From an uncultured bacterium (GTDB lineage Bacteria > Hydrothermota > UBA3073 > NMUJ01 > CBEVQO01), in the NCBI GenBank assembly GCA_965552055.1, contig CBEVQO010000002.1, positions 416,001 through 480,000 on the forward strand: DNA of 64,000 nucleotides, written 5' to 3'. The notes beneath the pieces were generated by a model that ran no database searches, was not told where the DNA came from, and saw only the letters and a list, made by a program, of their open reading frames with translations. Positions 19,336 through 29,222 of this stretch are shown in pieces; the first letter of the stretch is position 1, and the number at the start of each line of letters is the position of its first letter. Made by a program: the position numbers and the translations under genes.

Positions 19336-19354
19336 GGGCTAAAAAGGAGGGATT

Positions 19355-19774
19355 ATGGCAAGGATTGAGGACTATGAATTGCCGGATGACCTTTATTACC
19401 ATAAAGAGCATTTCTGGGTAAGAGTAGAAGACAAAAAAGCTGTTGTGGGCTTTACTGACTTTGCTCAAAAAATGGCAGGTGAGATTAGTTTCGTAGAATT
19501 GCCCGAAGTTGACCAGGATGTACAAAAAGACGAAGTAATAGGTTCAATCGAAACAGGTAAATGGCTTGGAAAAATTTACGCACCACTATCTGGTACAATC
19601 ACAAGAGTAAATGAAGAGTTAGAGGACGAACCCACTCTCATAAACGAAGACCCATACGGTAGAGGATGGCTGTTTGAAATGGAAATAACAAATCCAGATG
19701 AACTTAAAGAATTATATAAAGGAGAAAAAGCTGTTGAATGGCTTAAGGAAGAAATCAAAAAATATAAAAAATAG
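19355..19774 (+). CDS. gcvH: Glycine cleavage H-like lipoyl carrier protein
   Basis: KEHFWV, GFTDFAQ, lipoyl-Lys motif IETGKW, INEDPYGRGW. Confidence 0.88.
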   Translation: MARIEDYELPDDLYYHKEHFWVRVEDKKAVVGFTDFAQKMAGEISFVELPEVDQDVQKDEVIGSIETGKWLGKIYAPLSGTITRVNEELEDEPTLINEDPYGRGWLFEMEITNPDELKELYKGEKAVEWLKEEIKKYKK

Positions 19775-19778
19775 CAAG

Positions 19779-20822
19779 ATGTATTTGTTTAACCTCGGAT
19801 ATCTCGAAGGTTTTGATTCCATGACAGTTTTCCATGCTCTTGCGCGTCTCGGAATAGAAGGATTGTGCATCTGTTCACCTGCATCGCCTCAAATAAGTAT
19901 AGGATACTTTCAGGATGCGGAAAAAGAAATAGACCTTGAAATGTGCAAAAAACTTGGCTTACCTTATATGCGTAGAGAAGTGGGAGGAGGTGCGACTTAT
20001 CTTGACCAAAATCAAATTTTTTATCAAGTTATCCTGAAAAAAGACAATCCATTATTCACAAGAGATGTTTCAAAACTTTTTGAAACTTTTTCCCAGCCTG
20101 TGTGTGAAATGTATAAAGAATTTGGCATAAAGGCACAATTTAAACCCATTAATGACATTGTAACTGCAGAAGGTCGCAAAATATCAGGCGAAGGCGTTGG
20201 AGATATTGGAGAATGCATAGTATTCGTGGGAGGTGTCCTTCTTGATTTTAATTATGACACAATGGTGAAAATCTTAAAAGTACCTGACGAAAAATTTAGA
20301 GATAAAATTTACAAATCTATGAAAGAATATCTCACAACGATGAAAAAAGAATTAGGTGAAATACCAGATAGAGAGGAAATTGTAAAAGTATTAATTGAAA
20401 AATTTGAAAATCTACTCGGAAAACTAACACCTGCAAAATTAACTCCTGAAATTTATCAAAAAATGAAAGAAGTTGAAAAATATTTAACATCTCCCGAAAT
20501 GATTTATAAAAAGACGATGAAAAGATTTGAAGGAGTAAAAATCAAAGGCGGTGTTGAAATTATCTGGGGACTTCACAAAGCAAAAGGCGGACTCATAAGG
20601 ACAGCACAGGAAGTAAAGGAAGAAAAAATCGAAGATGTTGAAATAACAGGAGATTTTACTTGTTATCCAAAGGAAGGATTACAAAAGATTGAAGAAAATG
20701 TTAAAGGTGTGAAGAGAAAAAGAGAAAAAGTAATGGAGAAAATAGAAGAAGCAAAAGAAAAAGGAAAAATTCAAACACCCGGAGTTGAAGTAGAAGATTT
20801 TGCTATAGCTTTAAAATTATGA
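19779..20822 (+). CDS. lplA: Lipoate-protein ligase family protein with C-terminal domain
   Basis: RREVGGGATYLD, INDIV, GRKISG, C-terminal KAKGGLIR/ITGDF; start moved to ATG 19779, just after the gcvH stop. Confidence 0.85.
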   Translation: MYLFNLGYLEGFDSMTVFHALARLGIEGLCICSPASPQISIGYFQDAEKEIDLEMCKKLGLPYMRREVGGGATYLDQNQIFYQVILKKDNPLFTRDVSKLFETFSQPVCEMYKEFGIKAQFKPINDIVTAEGRKISGEGVGDIGECIVFVGGVLLDFNYDTMVKILKVPDEKFRDKIYKSMKEYLTTMKKELGEIPDREEIVKVLIEKFENLLGKLTPAKLTPEIYQKMKEVEKYLTSPEMIYKKTMKRFEGVKIKGGVEIIWGLHKAKGGLIRTAQEVKEEKIEDVEITGDFTCYPKEGLQKIEENVKGVKRKREKVMEKIEEAKEKGKIQTPGVEVEDFAIALKL

Positions 20823-21517
20823 TAGGGGTATTTTTTGGATGCACAACAAGGTCCAATGAATATTTGGATGCCAATCTCAACACTTTTCTTAAAAAGATAA
20901 AGATTAGTTTTTTACCACTTGGCAGAGAGTTATGCTGTGGTGCTCCTCTCCATCTCGCAGGCACAGAGCATGATTTCAAAGAACAGGCAAAAAAAGTAAA
21001 AGAAGAAATTGAAAAACAAAAATTAAATTTAATAATCACAACATGTCCTCATTGTTTTACAACTCTAAAATATGAATATTCGAAAATTGGAATTCAGTTA
21101 GAAAAAGAAGTTTTACATATCACCCAGTTTATTAAAAAAATGATAGATGAAGGAAACCTGATTTTCCAGAAAAAATTGAATAAAAAAATATTATATCACG
21201 ACCCATGCTATATCGGGAGGCAGAGTGAAGGTATTTTTGACGAACCAAGAGAAATCTTACGAAAAGCAGGCTATGAGATAGTGGAATTTGATTTAAACAG
21301 AGACAACTCTATTTGTTGTGGCGGAGGAGGTTTATTGCGCGCTTATTTACCAAAGTTATCGGTTGAGGTATCAAAAGAAAAATTAATAACTTATGGTAAA
21401 GAAGCCGATTTTGTAACAGCTCCCTGTCCTTTTTGCTATCAAAATCTAAAAGAAGGTGCAGAAGGTTTAAATTATGAGGTTAAAGATTTTATCGAAATTT
21501 TGCTGGAAGCATTATGA
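20819..21517 (+). CDS. CCG-domain Fe-S protein (HdrB/GlpC/LutA-like)
   Basis: FFGC...LCCG...TTCPHC and YHDPC...ICCGGGG...APCPFC. Confidence 0.85.
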   Translation: MIGVFFGCTTRSNEYLDANLNTFLKKIKISFLPLGRELCCGAPLHLAGTEHDFKEQAKKVKEEIEKQKLNLIITTCPHCFTTLKYEYSKIGIQLEKEVLHITQFIKKMIDEGNLIFQKKLNKKILYHDPCYIGRQSEGIFDEPREILRKAGYEIVEFDLNRDNSICCGGGGLLRAYLPKLSVEVSKEKLITYGKEADFVTAPCPFCYQNLKEGAEGLNYEVKDFIEILLEAL

Positions 21518-22764
21518 AAAAGTTCACAGAATATAAAAAACAGATTTATAAAGTTATAAAAGATGAGTTTACACGAACGGCTTTAAGACGGGCGGTATCG
21601 TCTTTTAGAAAAGCACGCGATGAAGCTCTAAAAATGTTCCCCTATGTCGAAGAAGAAAGAAAAAAATTGAGAGAAATAAAAGAAAAAGTATTGTCAAACC
21701 TCGAATATTGGATTGACAAAGTAATGGAAATTGCAAAGAAGAATAAAGTCAATGTTTATTTTGCAAAAAATTCATGTGAAGCCCTTGAAATAATTAAAAA
21801 TATCGTTGGTAATGGGAAACGAATAGTAAAGTCAAAATCCATAACCTCAGAAGAACTTGAACTAAACAAGTATCTCGAAGAATGGGGAAATGAAGTTTAT
21901 GAAACGGATTTGGGCGAATTCATAGTGCAGTTGTTGAAATCCCGTCCGATGCATATTCTTACGCCTGCTGTTAATGTACCAAAAGAAAAAGTTGCAGAAT
22001 TATTTTCAAAAGTAGCAGGAAAAGATTTGCCATCCGACCCTGTAAAGCTTACTCTTTTTGCACGCGAATATTTGCGTGATAAATTTATAACTGCAGATGT
22101 TGGAATCAGCGGTGCAAATGTTATAACAGCCGATACAGGTTCAGTATTTTTAATCGAAAATGAAGGTAATATAAGATTTGTTACAAATGCTCCTCCTGTT
22201 CATATTGTCCTTTGTGGTGTTGAAAAGATTTTACCTACTTTAAGGGATGGTATGCTCTTTGTTGAAGTTATCTCACGCTATGCCGGTTACCCTGCAATGA
22301 CCTATGTATCCATAATTTCCGGTCCTTCAAAAACTGGTGATATCGAGAAAACGGTCGTTTACGGTGCTCATGGTCCCCGTGAATTACATATAATTTTACT
22401 TGATAACGGTAGATGTGAAGTTGCGAAAAATGATGATTTGAGAGAATTTTTACTTTGTGCAAGATGCGGTGCATGTATGTACGAATGCGCAGTATATCCT
22501 ATAACAACAGGATACTGGGGATATAGATACATGGGAGGAATTGGTATCCCATGGACAGCATTTATAGCAGGAGGTCTCGAAGAAGCTGCTCCACTTGCTT
22601 TCACCTGCACACTTTGTGGTAGATGTAAAAAGTATTGCCCAATGGAAATAGATACCCCCAAACTTGTTGAAAAAATAAGAAAAATACTTTTTGAAAAAGA
22701 TTTGATACCACCTTACATCAAAAAAATGGTAGAGGAAATCAAAGAAAAAGGTGTTCCTTATTAG
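21514..22764 (+). CDS. LUD-domain Fe-S protein (LutB/LldF-like)
   Basis: VKSKSITSEE, ETDLGEFIVQL, ENEGN, ISGPSKTGDIE, GAHGP, two CxxCxxCxxxC motifs. Confidence 0.85.
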   Translation: MKKFTEYKKQIYKVIKDEFTRTALRRAVSSFRKARDEALKMFPYVEEERKKLREIKEKVLSNLEYWIDKVMEIAKKNKVNVYFAKNSCEALEIIKNIVGNGKRIVKSKSITSEELELNKYLEEWGNEVYETDLGEFIVQLLKSRPMHILTPAVNVPKEKVAELFSKVAGKDLPSDPVKLTLFAREYLRDKFITADVGISGANVITADTGSVFLIENEGNIRFVTNAPPVHIVLCGVEKILPTLRDGMLFVEVISRYAGYPAMTYVSIISGPSKTGDIEKTVVYGAHGPRELHIILLDNGRCEVAKNDDLREFLLCARCGACMYECAVYPITTGYWGYRYMGGIGIPWTAFIAGGLEEAAPLAFTCTLCGRCKKYCPMEIDTPKLVEKIRKILFEKDLIPPYIKKMVEEIKEKGVPY

Positions 22765-22772
22765 GGGGTAAA

Positions 22773-23861
22773 ATGGAAGAAATGATTGAAGTACCGGTTA
22801 AGAATTTAAAAGAATTCACAAAACAGTTCTTTACAGGTCTTGGATGCACCGAAGAAGATGCAGAAATTTCTGCTGATCTTCTAATAGCAGCTGACAGAAG
22901 AGGAATAAGTTCACATGGAGTCCAGCGTCTCAAAAGATATTACACTTATGTAAAAGAGGGACGTATTAAACCAAGGTACGAATTAAAAATTATAAAAGAA
23001 ACACCCAACACTCTTACAGTATCTGGAGGATTTGGTATGGGTCATCCTGTTGCTTATAAGGTTATGAAAATGGTAATAAACAAAGCAAAAGAAACTGGAA
23101 TGTGCTTTGCAACTGTAAGGGAATCAAATCACTTTGGTATAGCAGGTTATTATGCGATGATGGCGTTGCCTTACGATATGATAGGAATAGCGCTTACAAA
23201 TACCGAACCTATTGTTGTGCCTACACATGGCAGGACAGTAGCTATCGGCACCAATCCCATTTCGGTAGCTGTACCTGCTAAAGAAGAACGACCATTTGTA
23301 CTTGACATGGGCACTTCTACGGTAGTGCGTGGCAAAGTTGAAATCTATGCAAGATTAGGTAAAGAAATGCCAGGAACATGGGCTGCAAATGAAGAAGGCT
23401 ATCCAATACAAGACCCTGCAAAAGCCCTCGAAAATATAAAAAAGAGAAAAGGAGGAGGATTACTTCCTCTTGGTGGCGCAGAAGAAGAAACAGGCGGTCA
23501 TAAAGGTTATGGCCTTGCCGTTCTCGTTGATATTCTTTGTGGAGTATTATCTGGTGGTGCCTTTGGTGCACTTGTAGCGCGTGACCCAAAATCTCCACCC
23601 AACATCTGCCATTTCCTTGGCGCTATAAGAATTGACCTATTCTGTGAACCTGAGGAATTTAAAAAGAGAATGGATGAATTCATCAGAATGTTAAAAAATA
23701 CCCCAAAAGCAAAGGGAAAAGACAGAATTTGGATACACGGTGAAAAAGAGTTCGAGGCAGAGGAACGCCATAGAGAAAAAGTGCCAGTCTACCGAAATGT
23801 ATTGGACGAAATTAAAAAACTCGGAAAAGAACTTGGAGCAGATATCTCGCTTTTGCCTTAA
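22773..23861 (+). CDS. Ldh_2 family NAD(P)-dependent 2-hydroxyacid dehydrogenase (Mdh/AllD/ComC-like)
   Basis: GISSHG, SNHFGIAGYY, GTNPIS, LDMGTS, GHKGYGL. Confidence 0.9.
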   Translation: MEEMIEVPVKNLKEFTKQFFTGLGCTEEDAEISADLLIAADRRGISSHGVQRLKRYYTYVKEGRIKPRYELKIIKETPNTLTVSGGFGMGHPVAYKVMKMVINKAKETGMCFATVRESNHFGIAGYYAMMALPYDMIGIALTNTEPIVVPTHGRTVAIGTNPISVAVPAKEERPFVLDMGTSTVVRGKVEIYARLGKEMPGTWAANEEGYPIQDPAKALENIKKRKGGGLLPLGGAEEETGGHKGYGLAVLVDILCGVLSGGAFGALVARDPKSPPNICHFLGAIRIDLFCEPEEFKKRMDEFIRMLKNTPKAKGKDRIWIHGEKEFEAEERHREKVPVYRNVLDEIKKLGKELGADISLLP

Positions 23862-23872
23862 TTTTTAACTTT

Positions 23873-24142
23873 TTATTTTCTTAAACCCAGCTCCTTTATT
23901 ATTTTTCGATATCTTTCCGGGTCTTTTTCCATCAAATATTGTAACAATCTTTTTCTCTTGTTAACCATGGCGATCAGTCCTCTTCTCGAGTGTATATCCT
24001 TTTTGTGTTGCGAGAGATGTCGTGTAAGGTTGTTGATTCTTTCTGTAAGAATCGCTATCTGCACCTCAGGTGACCCTGTATCTTTTTCGTGTAATCTAAA
24101 TTTTTCTATGAGTTCTTTTTTCCTTTCTTTTGATATCGACAT
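23873..24142 (-). CDS. rpsO: 30S ribosomal protein S15
   Basis: [22 protein letters not shown]. Confidence 0.98.
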   Translation of the reverse strand: MSISKERKKELIEKFRLHEKDTGSPEVQIAILTERINNLTRHLSQHKKDIHSRRGLIAMVNKRKRLLQYLMEKDPERYRKIIKELGLRK

Positions 24143-24151
24143 CCCTCCCTC

Positions 24152-25288
24152 CTATTTTATCCTTCTAACAGCAAGCAGCGCAATATCATCGAACAACTCC
24201 TGCCCCTCAGAAAACGCTAACACTTCATTTAATATCCCTTTTAGAAACATGTCAATATCAAATTTTGAATATTTTACTATCGCATCATAAAACCTTTTTT
24301 CTCCGAATCTTTCCTTTTTCTTATTTCTTGCATCAACAACACCATCAGTATATAAAATAATCATATCTCCCACTTCAATATTAAAATCCACAATTTCAAG
24401 GGATTTTATAAACTCATTGTGATTTACTATTCCCAGTGCCTTACCTTTGGGTCTTATAAGTTTTACTTCGTCAGCCTTATAGGGCAGGTGTATCATTGGT
24501 TTATGACCTGCATTTGCGTAAGTTATTTTATGATATTCCTGCTCCAAAACTCCATATCCCATTGTTACGAACATAAAAGGTGGAATATCCGAAAGTAACT
24601 TTCTATTCAAACCATCTAACAATTCTTTTATGTTTTGCGGATTTCTTGCATAGTATAGGATAAGTGCCCTAACTTCTGACATTACTAGAGTTGCAGGAAT
24701 TCCTTTACCGCTCACATCTGCGATGACAAGTCCATAAAGATTATCCTGAAAAGGTATAATGGCACAATAATCTCCTCCTACTTTTTCTGCCGGAAAAACA
24801 ACAGCATTCGCCTCATAATATTCATTTTGCAGTTTATATTTCGGCAAAAATGTATCCTGAATCCTGCGAGCAACTTCCATCTCGTGCTTTAACCTCTCTG
24901 CTTCTCTTATATCATGCAACATCTTCCTGACATCCTTTATCGTCTGATCAAACATCTTCGAAATATACCCTACTTCATCACGAGATGCCACTTCTACAGA
25001 ACGGGAAATGTCACCCAGGGCAACACGCTTTACGCTCTCCCTTAAATAACGCAATGGCTTCGTTATAAGCCTCAAAGAAGGATACGATAAGCCATAAAGA
25101 AAAAGGATACTTAAAAATAGAGCCCAGTTATAAAAAAAATCCAACAGAAAAATATAAAGTAACAAAAGTGAAAACCCAACATATATCCTTATTTTAAACT
25201 CAAGGGTAAATTCTTTTTCTCTCAAACATTTAAAATACTCAATAGCCAGTGCTATCACTATTACAATTGCAGGGATAAATTTCTCCAT
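24152..25288 (-). CDS. Membrane HAMP + SpoIIE/RsbU PP2C phosphatase
   Basis: TM helices, HAMP (SRDEVG), VGGDY, DVSGKG, YTDG, DDIAL. Confidence 0.88.
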   Translation of the reverse strand: MEKFIPAIVIVIALAIEYFKCLREKEFTLEFKIRIYVGFSLLLLYIFLLDFFYNWALFLSILFLYGLSYPSLRLITKPLRYLRESVKRVALGDISRSVEVASRDEVGYISKMFDQTIKDVRKMLHDIREAERLKHEMEVARRIQDTFLPKYKLQNEYYEANAVVFPAEKVGGDYCAIIPFQDNLYGLVIADVSGKGIPATLVMSEVRALILYYARNPQNIKELLDGLNRKLLSDIPPFMFVTMGYGVLEQEYHKITYANAGHKPMIHLPYKADEVKLIRPKGKALGIVNHNEFIKSLEIVDFNIEVGDMIILYTDGVVDARNKKKERFGEKRFYDAIVKYSKFDIDMFLKGILNEVLAFSEGQELFDDIALLAVRRIK

Positions 25289-26436
25289 CACATTTTCGCA
25301 TAAGGTAAAAATAATCTTTCGTATTCATCCTGTGCAAATCTATCTGTCATTCCAGCGATATAATCACATACTATCTGCTCAGGTGGAGCATCACCGCATC
25401 TCTTCTTAAAATCAGGTGGAATTTGCCTCATATCCGAAAGATAGGTCGTAAAAAGAGCTTTAACATAACGCTTCGCTTTATTCTGCATCTTTACAACCTT
25501 ATAATGAGTATACAAATTTTCGTATAAAAATTTCTTTAACTCATTTTGATACTCTGCCATATCTTTGCTAAATTCCACAAGAGGCGGCAATTCTCTTACC
25601 TTTTCAACAGAATCTACATTATGTTTTTCGATATTCCTAAGAGTAGTATTTATCACATCCTCAATTTGAGCAGAAATGAGTTTTCTTAAAGTTTTCCGAA
25701 TACAAAGTTCAATATCTTTCCCTTTAAGTTCCTTTTTAACTTCATCAAAAATTTCTTTCCAGATTTTTACTTCCTCCAGTTGTTCAAGTTCGATGTAGCC
25801 CGATTTCAATCCATCATCTATATCATGGACATTATATGCGATTTCATCTGCAAGATTTATAATTTGTGCTTCTATCGTTGGCGATTTATCAGGTTCAAAT
25901 TCTTTTAATTGAGATATATCCGGCTTATCATAAACAGTTACATGTTTAACAATTCCTTCTCTTACTTCAAAAGTAAGATTAAGTCCATGGAAATCGGGAT
26001 AACGATATTCGAGCACATCCACTACTCTTAATCCCTGCAAATTATGTTCAAAACCATTTGGCATAAGCTCGTTTAATGCTTCTTCACCAGCATGTCCAAA
26101 AGGTGGATGTCCTATATCATGTGCAAGTGCTATGGCTTCGGTAAGGTCTTCATTAACCCTGAGTGCACGCGCAATAGTGCGAGCAATTTGAGCAACCTCA
26201 ATCGTATGCGTTAACCTTGTCCTGTAATAATCACCTTCATGATTGACAAAAACCTGTGTTTTATATTCCATGCGCCTGAAAGCTGTGGAATGTATTATTC
26301 TGTCCCTATCTCTCTGATAACATGTCCTGTATTCATATTCTTCTTCGGGATATTTTCTCCCCCTAGAATATTTAGCTTTCATAGCATAGGGAGCCAGAAC
26401 CTTTTCTTCTAAATTAAGTAATTCTTTGGAGGTCAT
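25288..26436 (-). CDS. dgt: dGTP triphosphohydrolase-like HD protein
   Basis: RDRDRIIHS, RTRLTHT, AHDIGHPPFGHAGE, DYIAGMTD. Confidence 0.92.
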   Translation of the reverse strand: MTSKELLNLEEKVLAPYAMKAKYSRGRKYPEEEYEYRTCYQRDRDRIIHSTAFRRMEYKTQVFVNHEGDYYRTRLTHTIEVAQIARTIARALRVNEDLTEAIALAHDIGHPPFGHAGEEALNELMPNGFEHNLQGLRVVDVLEYRYPDFHGLNLTFEVREGIVKHVTVYDKPDISQLKEFEPDKSPTIEAQIINLADEIAYNVHDIDDGLKSGYIELEQLEEVKIWKEIFDEVKKELKGKDIELCIRKTLRKLISAQIEDVINTTLRNIEKHNVDSVEKVRELPPLVEFSKDMAEYQNELKKFLYENLYTHYKVVKMQNKAKRYVKALFTTYLSDMRQIPPDFKKRCGDAPPEQIVCDYIAGMTDRFAQDEYERLFLPYAKM

Positions 26437-27239
26437 ATTGATAAAGCCTCACAAATAAGCTCTGTAAAATATTTTACCTCTATACCTGTGAAATCTGGAT
26501 AGTTTTCCTTTATAAAATCCTGAAAGTTCTTAAGATTATAATGGCAAAGCGGACAGGAGGTTATCAAAATTTCTCCTCCCCTATCTATTGCGGATTTAAG
26601 TATCTTGTGAGCCCTCTCAATAACGAATTCCTTTTCATTTACAACCTGATAACTTCCGCAACATTCATTCATAAATGGAAACTCAACGGGCTCACCGCCT
26701 ATTGCTTTTATTAAATCGGATAATATATGGGGATTCTCAGGGTCATCAAGCGCTGCTTCTTCGGGACGCAAAAGCATACATCCATAATAAGGTGCCACTT
26801 TCTTACCTATCTTTTTCTTCACCATTTGCCCCAATTTATCGAAACCAAATTCTTTTAACAAATGAAGACCATGAATTACCTCAACACCTCCATCATATTT
26901 CGTTTCCTCTTCATACATCAAATCGTTTATCTTATCCATCTTTTCTTTATCTCTTTTCACAAGTAAATCAACTCTTTTAAGGGTGTTGTAACACATAGAG
27001 CACATACACAAAATCTTATCTGCCCCTTCTTCCTTTGCTCTTATCAAATTTCTGAAAGACGCAACATGAAACATAACATTATCAGAAGCAAGTGAATAAA
27101 CTGTTCCACAACAATTCCATCTATCGAGTTCTTTTATGTCGTATCCTAAATACTTAAAGAGTTTTTTCGAAGTCTCATCAAATTCTTTCGCATCTGATTT
27201 TAAGGTGCATCCAGGATAATATAAAATCTTCTCACTCAT
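26433..27239 (-). CDS. hdrB: Heterodisulfide reductase subunit B-like
   Basis: YYPGC, WNCCG, CSMC, YYGC, ECCG, SCPLC. Confidence 0.85.
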   Translation of the reverse strand: MSEKILYYPGCTLKSDAKEFDETSKKLFKYLGYDIKELDRWNCCGTVYSLASDNVMFHVASFRNLIRAKEEGADKILCMCSMCYNTLKRVDLLVKRDKEKMDKINDLMYEEETKYDGGVEVIHGLHLLKEFGFDKLGQMVKKKIGKKVAPYYGCMLLRPEEAALDDPENPHILSDLIKAIGGEPVEFPFMNECCGSYQVVNEKEFVIERAHKILKSAIDRGGEILITSCPLCHYNLKNFQDFIKENYPDFTGIEVKYFTELICEALSI

Positions 27240-27628
27240 GCTGATAACTTTCTTTGCGCACTTATCAAAGCAATTGGTGGCAGGATTTTTCTTTCATCTT
27301 CCTTTATTTTATTCAAATGCACATGGTCTATATTTTCGCGTAATTTCAACAATCTAACGGCTTCAAACACACGGGCAAGGTCAATTCCCCGGGGACACCT
27401 GACAGTACACATAAAGCAACTTGCACAAATCCATATCGTTTTTGAATCAATTACCCTCCTTACATTGCCCATCTGTAAATACCTTATCGCCTGATTCGGA
27501 AGCAAATCCATTGCAGAAGCAGAAGGACAACTACCAGAACATCTACCACACTGATAGCACAACATTATGTTTTGCTCAGATATCTCTTCTATTCTCTTAA
27601 GCTCGGAAATGTTCAATCCTAAATTCAT
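27236..27628 (-). CDS. hdrC: Heterodisulfide reductase subunit C-like
   Basis: CYQCGRCSGSCP and WICASCFMCTVRCP. Confidence 0.85.
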   Translation of the reverse strand: MNLGLNISELKRIEEISEQNIMLCYQCGRCSGSCPSASAMDLLPNQAIRYLQMGNVRRVIDSKTIWICASCFMCTVRCPRGIDLARVFEAVRLLKLRENIDHVHLNKIKEDERKILPPIALISAQRKLSA

Positions 27629-27633
27629 CATCT

Positions 27634-27660
27634 ATTTTAATCCTATTCCCAGAATGTCAA
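27634..27660 (-). promoter_or_regulatory. Leaderless promoter TTGACA-N15-TAAAAT-N5-ATG
   Basis: Read directly. Confidence 0.7.
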
Positions 27661-27684
27661 GTTATTTTTGAAAAAATTTTCCGC

Positions 27685-27711
27685 TTGACATTTTTAAATT
27701 TCTTTTAAATT
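27685..27711 (+). promoter_or_regulatory. Leaderless promoter TTGACA-N15-TAAATT-N6-ATG
   Basis: Read directly. Confidence 0.65.
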
Positions 27712-27717
27712 TTCAAG

Positions 27718-28371
27718 ATGAAAATAAAAGCAGATTTGCATATCCACACCTTTTATTCTCCCGATAGTATAATAACATTTCAAACCTTAATAAAAATTTG
27801 TAAAAGGAGAAAGATAAATTGCGTTGCCATCACAGACCATAACACAATTAAAGGAGCTGTAGAATTTTCAAAAATTTCTCCGCTCAAAGTTATTATCGGT
27901 GAAGAAATTGATACGAAAGATGGCGAAATTATAGGCTATTTTTTGAAAAAAGAAATCAGAAAAGGTTTAAGTGCAGAAGATACTGTTTATGCTATAAAAG
28001 AACAAGATGGTCTTGTGTGCATTCCCCATCCTTTTGACAAATTAAGGGGCTCTGCATTGAATCCCGATAAATTAATGAAAATCATTGATGATGTTGACAT
28101 AATCGAAGGTGTAAATGGCAGGGTTTTTAAAGAGCTTGATAATGCTCTCGCAATAGAATTTGCGGTTGCTTATAAAAAGCAGGTATCCGCAGGAAGCGAT
28201 GCACATACAGCACTTGAAATCGGTATCGCAACAGTAGAACTTGAAGATTTTAACTCAAAAGAAGAATTTTTAAAAAACCTTGAAGATGCTAAAATTTATA
28301 ACAAAGTAAGTCATCCCATTGTCCATATTTTTAGCACGGGAATTAAAATTGCGAAAAAAATATTAAAATGA
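27718..28371 (+). CDS. PHP domain phosphoesterase
   Basis: DLHIHT, ITDHN, IPHPF, GSDAH. Confidence 0.9.
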   Translation: MKIKADLHIHTFYSPDSIITFQTLIKICKRRKINCVAITDHNTIKGAVEFSKISPLKVIIGEEIDTKDGEIIGYFLKKEIRKGLSAEDTVYAIKEQDGLVCIPHPFDKLRGSALNPDKLMKIIDDVDIIEGVNGRVFKELDNALAIEFAVAYKKQVSAGSDAHTALEIGIATVELEDFNSKEEFLKNLEDAKIYNKVSHPIVHIFSTGIKIAKKILK

Positions 28372-29222
28372 CAGACATCATCATTGTAACCCATAATTCA
28401 GAAAAATTCATAGAACATTGTTTGAATAGCATTCCCAAAAATTACAGAATAATCATAATAGATAACGCTTCAAAAGATAAAACAAAAGAAATTGTCAAAA
28501 AATTTGAAAATGTAAAACTTATCGAGAATAAGAAAAATATTGGATTCACAAAGGCGGTAAATCAAGGGATAAAAGAAACGCGGTCGGAATTTATTTTATT
28601 ATTAAATCCGGACATCATTGTATTAGGTGACGCAATAAAAAAGCTTGAAGAGTTCATGAAAGTACATCCGGAATGCGGAGCGGTTGCTCCACAGCTTTTA
28701 AATCCAGACCTCACAATTCAAAACTCATGCAGAAAATTCCCAACACCATTTAACATATTTCTGGAGTTCATGTTATTACCGCGGATTTTTAAAAAACTTT
28801 CTCTATGGAAAATGGGATATTTTAAACACAATAAGTTATGTGAAGTAGAACAACCAATGGCATCTGCTATCATGATAAGAAAAAAAGTTTTCAAAAAGAT
28901 TGGATATTTCAACGAAAAATACAAAAACTATGTCAGCGATGTCGATTTTTGTTACAGAATGAAAAAGGAAGGTTTTAAAATTTACTTTTATCCTGATGCC
29001 AAGATGATTCATTATCTTGGTAGGACGATGAAAATGTATCCTTTAAAATCTGTAATAGAATTACATCATTCGCTTTATAAATTTTTAAAGGAAAATTACG
29101 ATAAGAAATTTTTATTGATTATCGACGGATTTCTACTTTATTTCAGCATGTTGATTCGTGTATTTTTCCTTTTATTTTTTAAATTTTTCAAGAATATCTT
29201 TCGCTGTTTTTTTACCCGATAA
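28368..29222 (+). CDS. Glycosyltransferase family 2
   Basis: IIIVTHNS, IDNASKD, LLNPD, DVDFCYR. Confidence 0.9.
   Translation: MTDIIIVTHNSEKFIEHCLNSIPKNYRIIIIDNASKDKTKEIVKKFENVKLIENKKNIGFTKAVNQGIKETRSEFILLLNPDIIVLGDAIKKLEEFMKVHPECGAVAPQLLNPDLTIQNSCRKFPTPFNIFLEFMLLPRIFKKLSLWKMGYFKHNKLCEVEQPMASAIMIRKKVFKKIGYFNEKYKNYVSDVDFCYRMKKEGFKIYFYPDAKMIHYLGRTMKMYPLKSVIELHHSLYKFLKENYDKKFLLIIDGFLLYFSMLIRVFFLLFFKFFKNIFRCFFTR

Noticed and set aside
19355..27631. Selenocysteine read-through in the redox genes
   Set aside because: The TGA stops coincide with complete domains and overlap the next start codon; the Cys motifs are intact.
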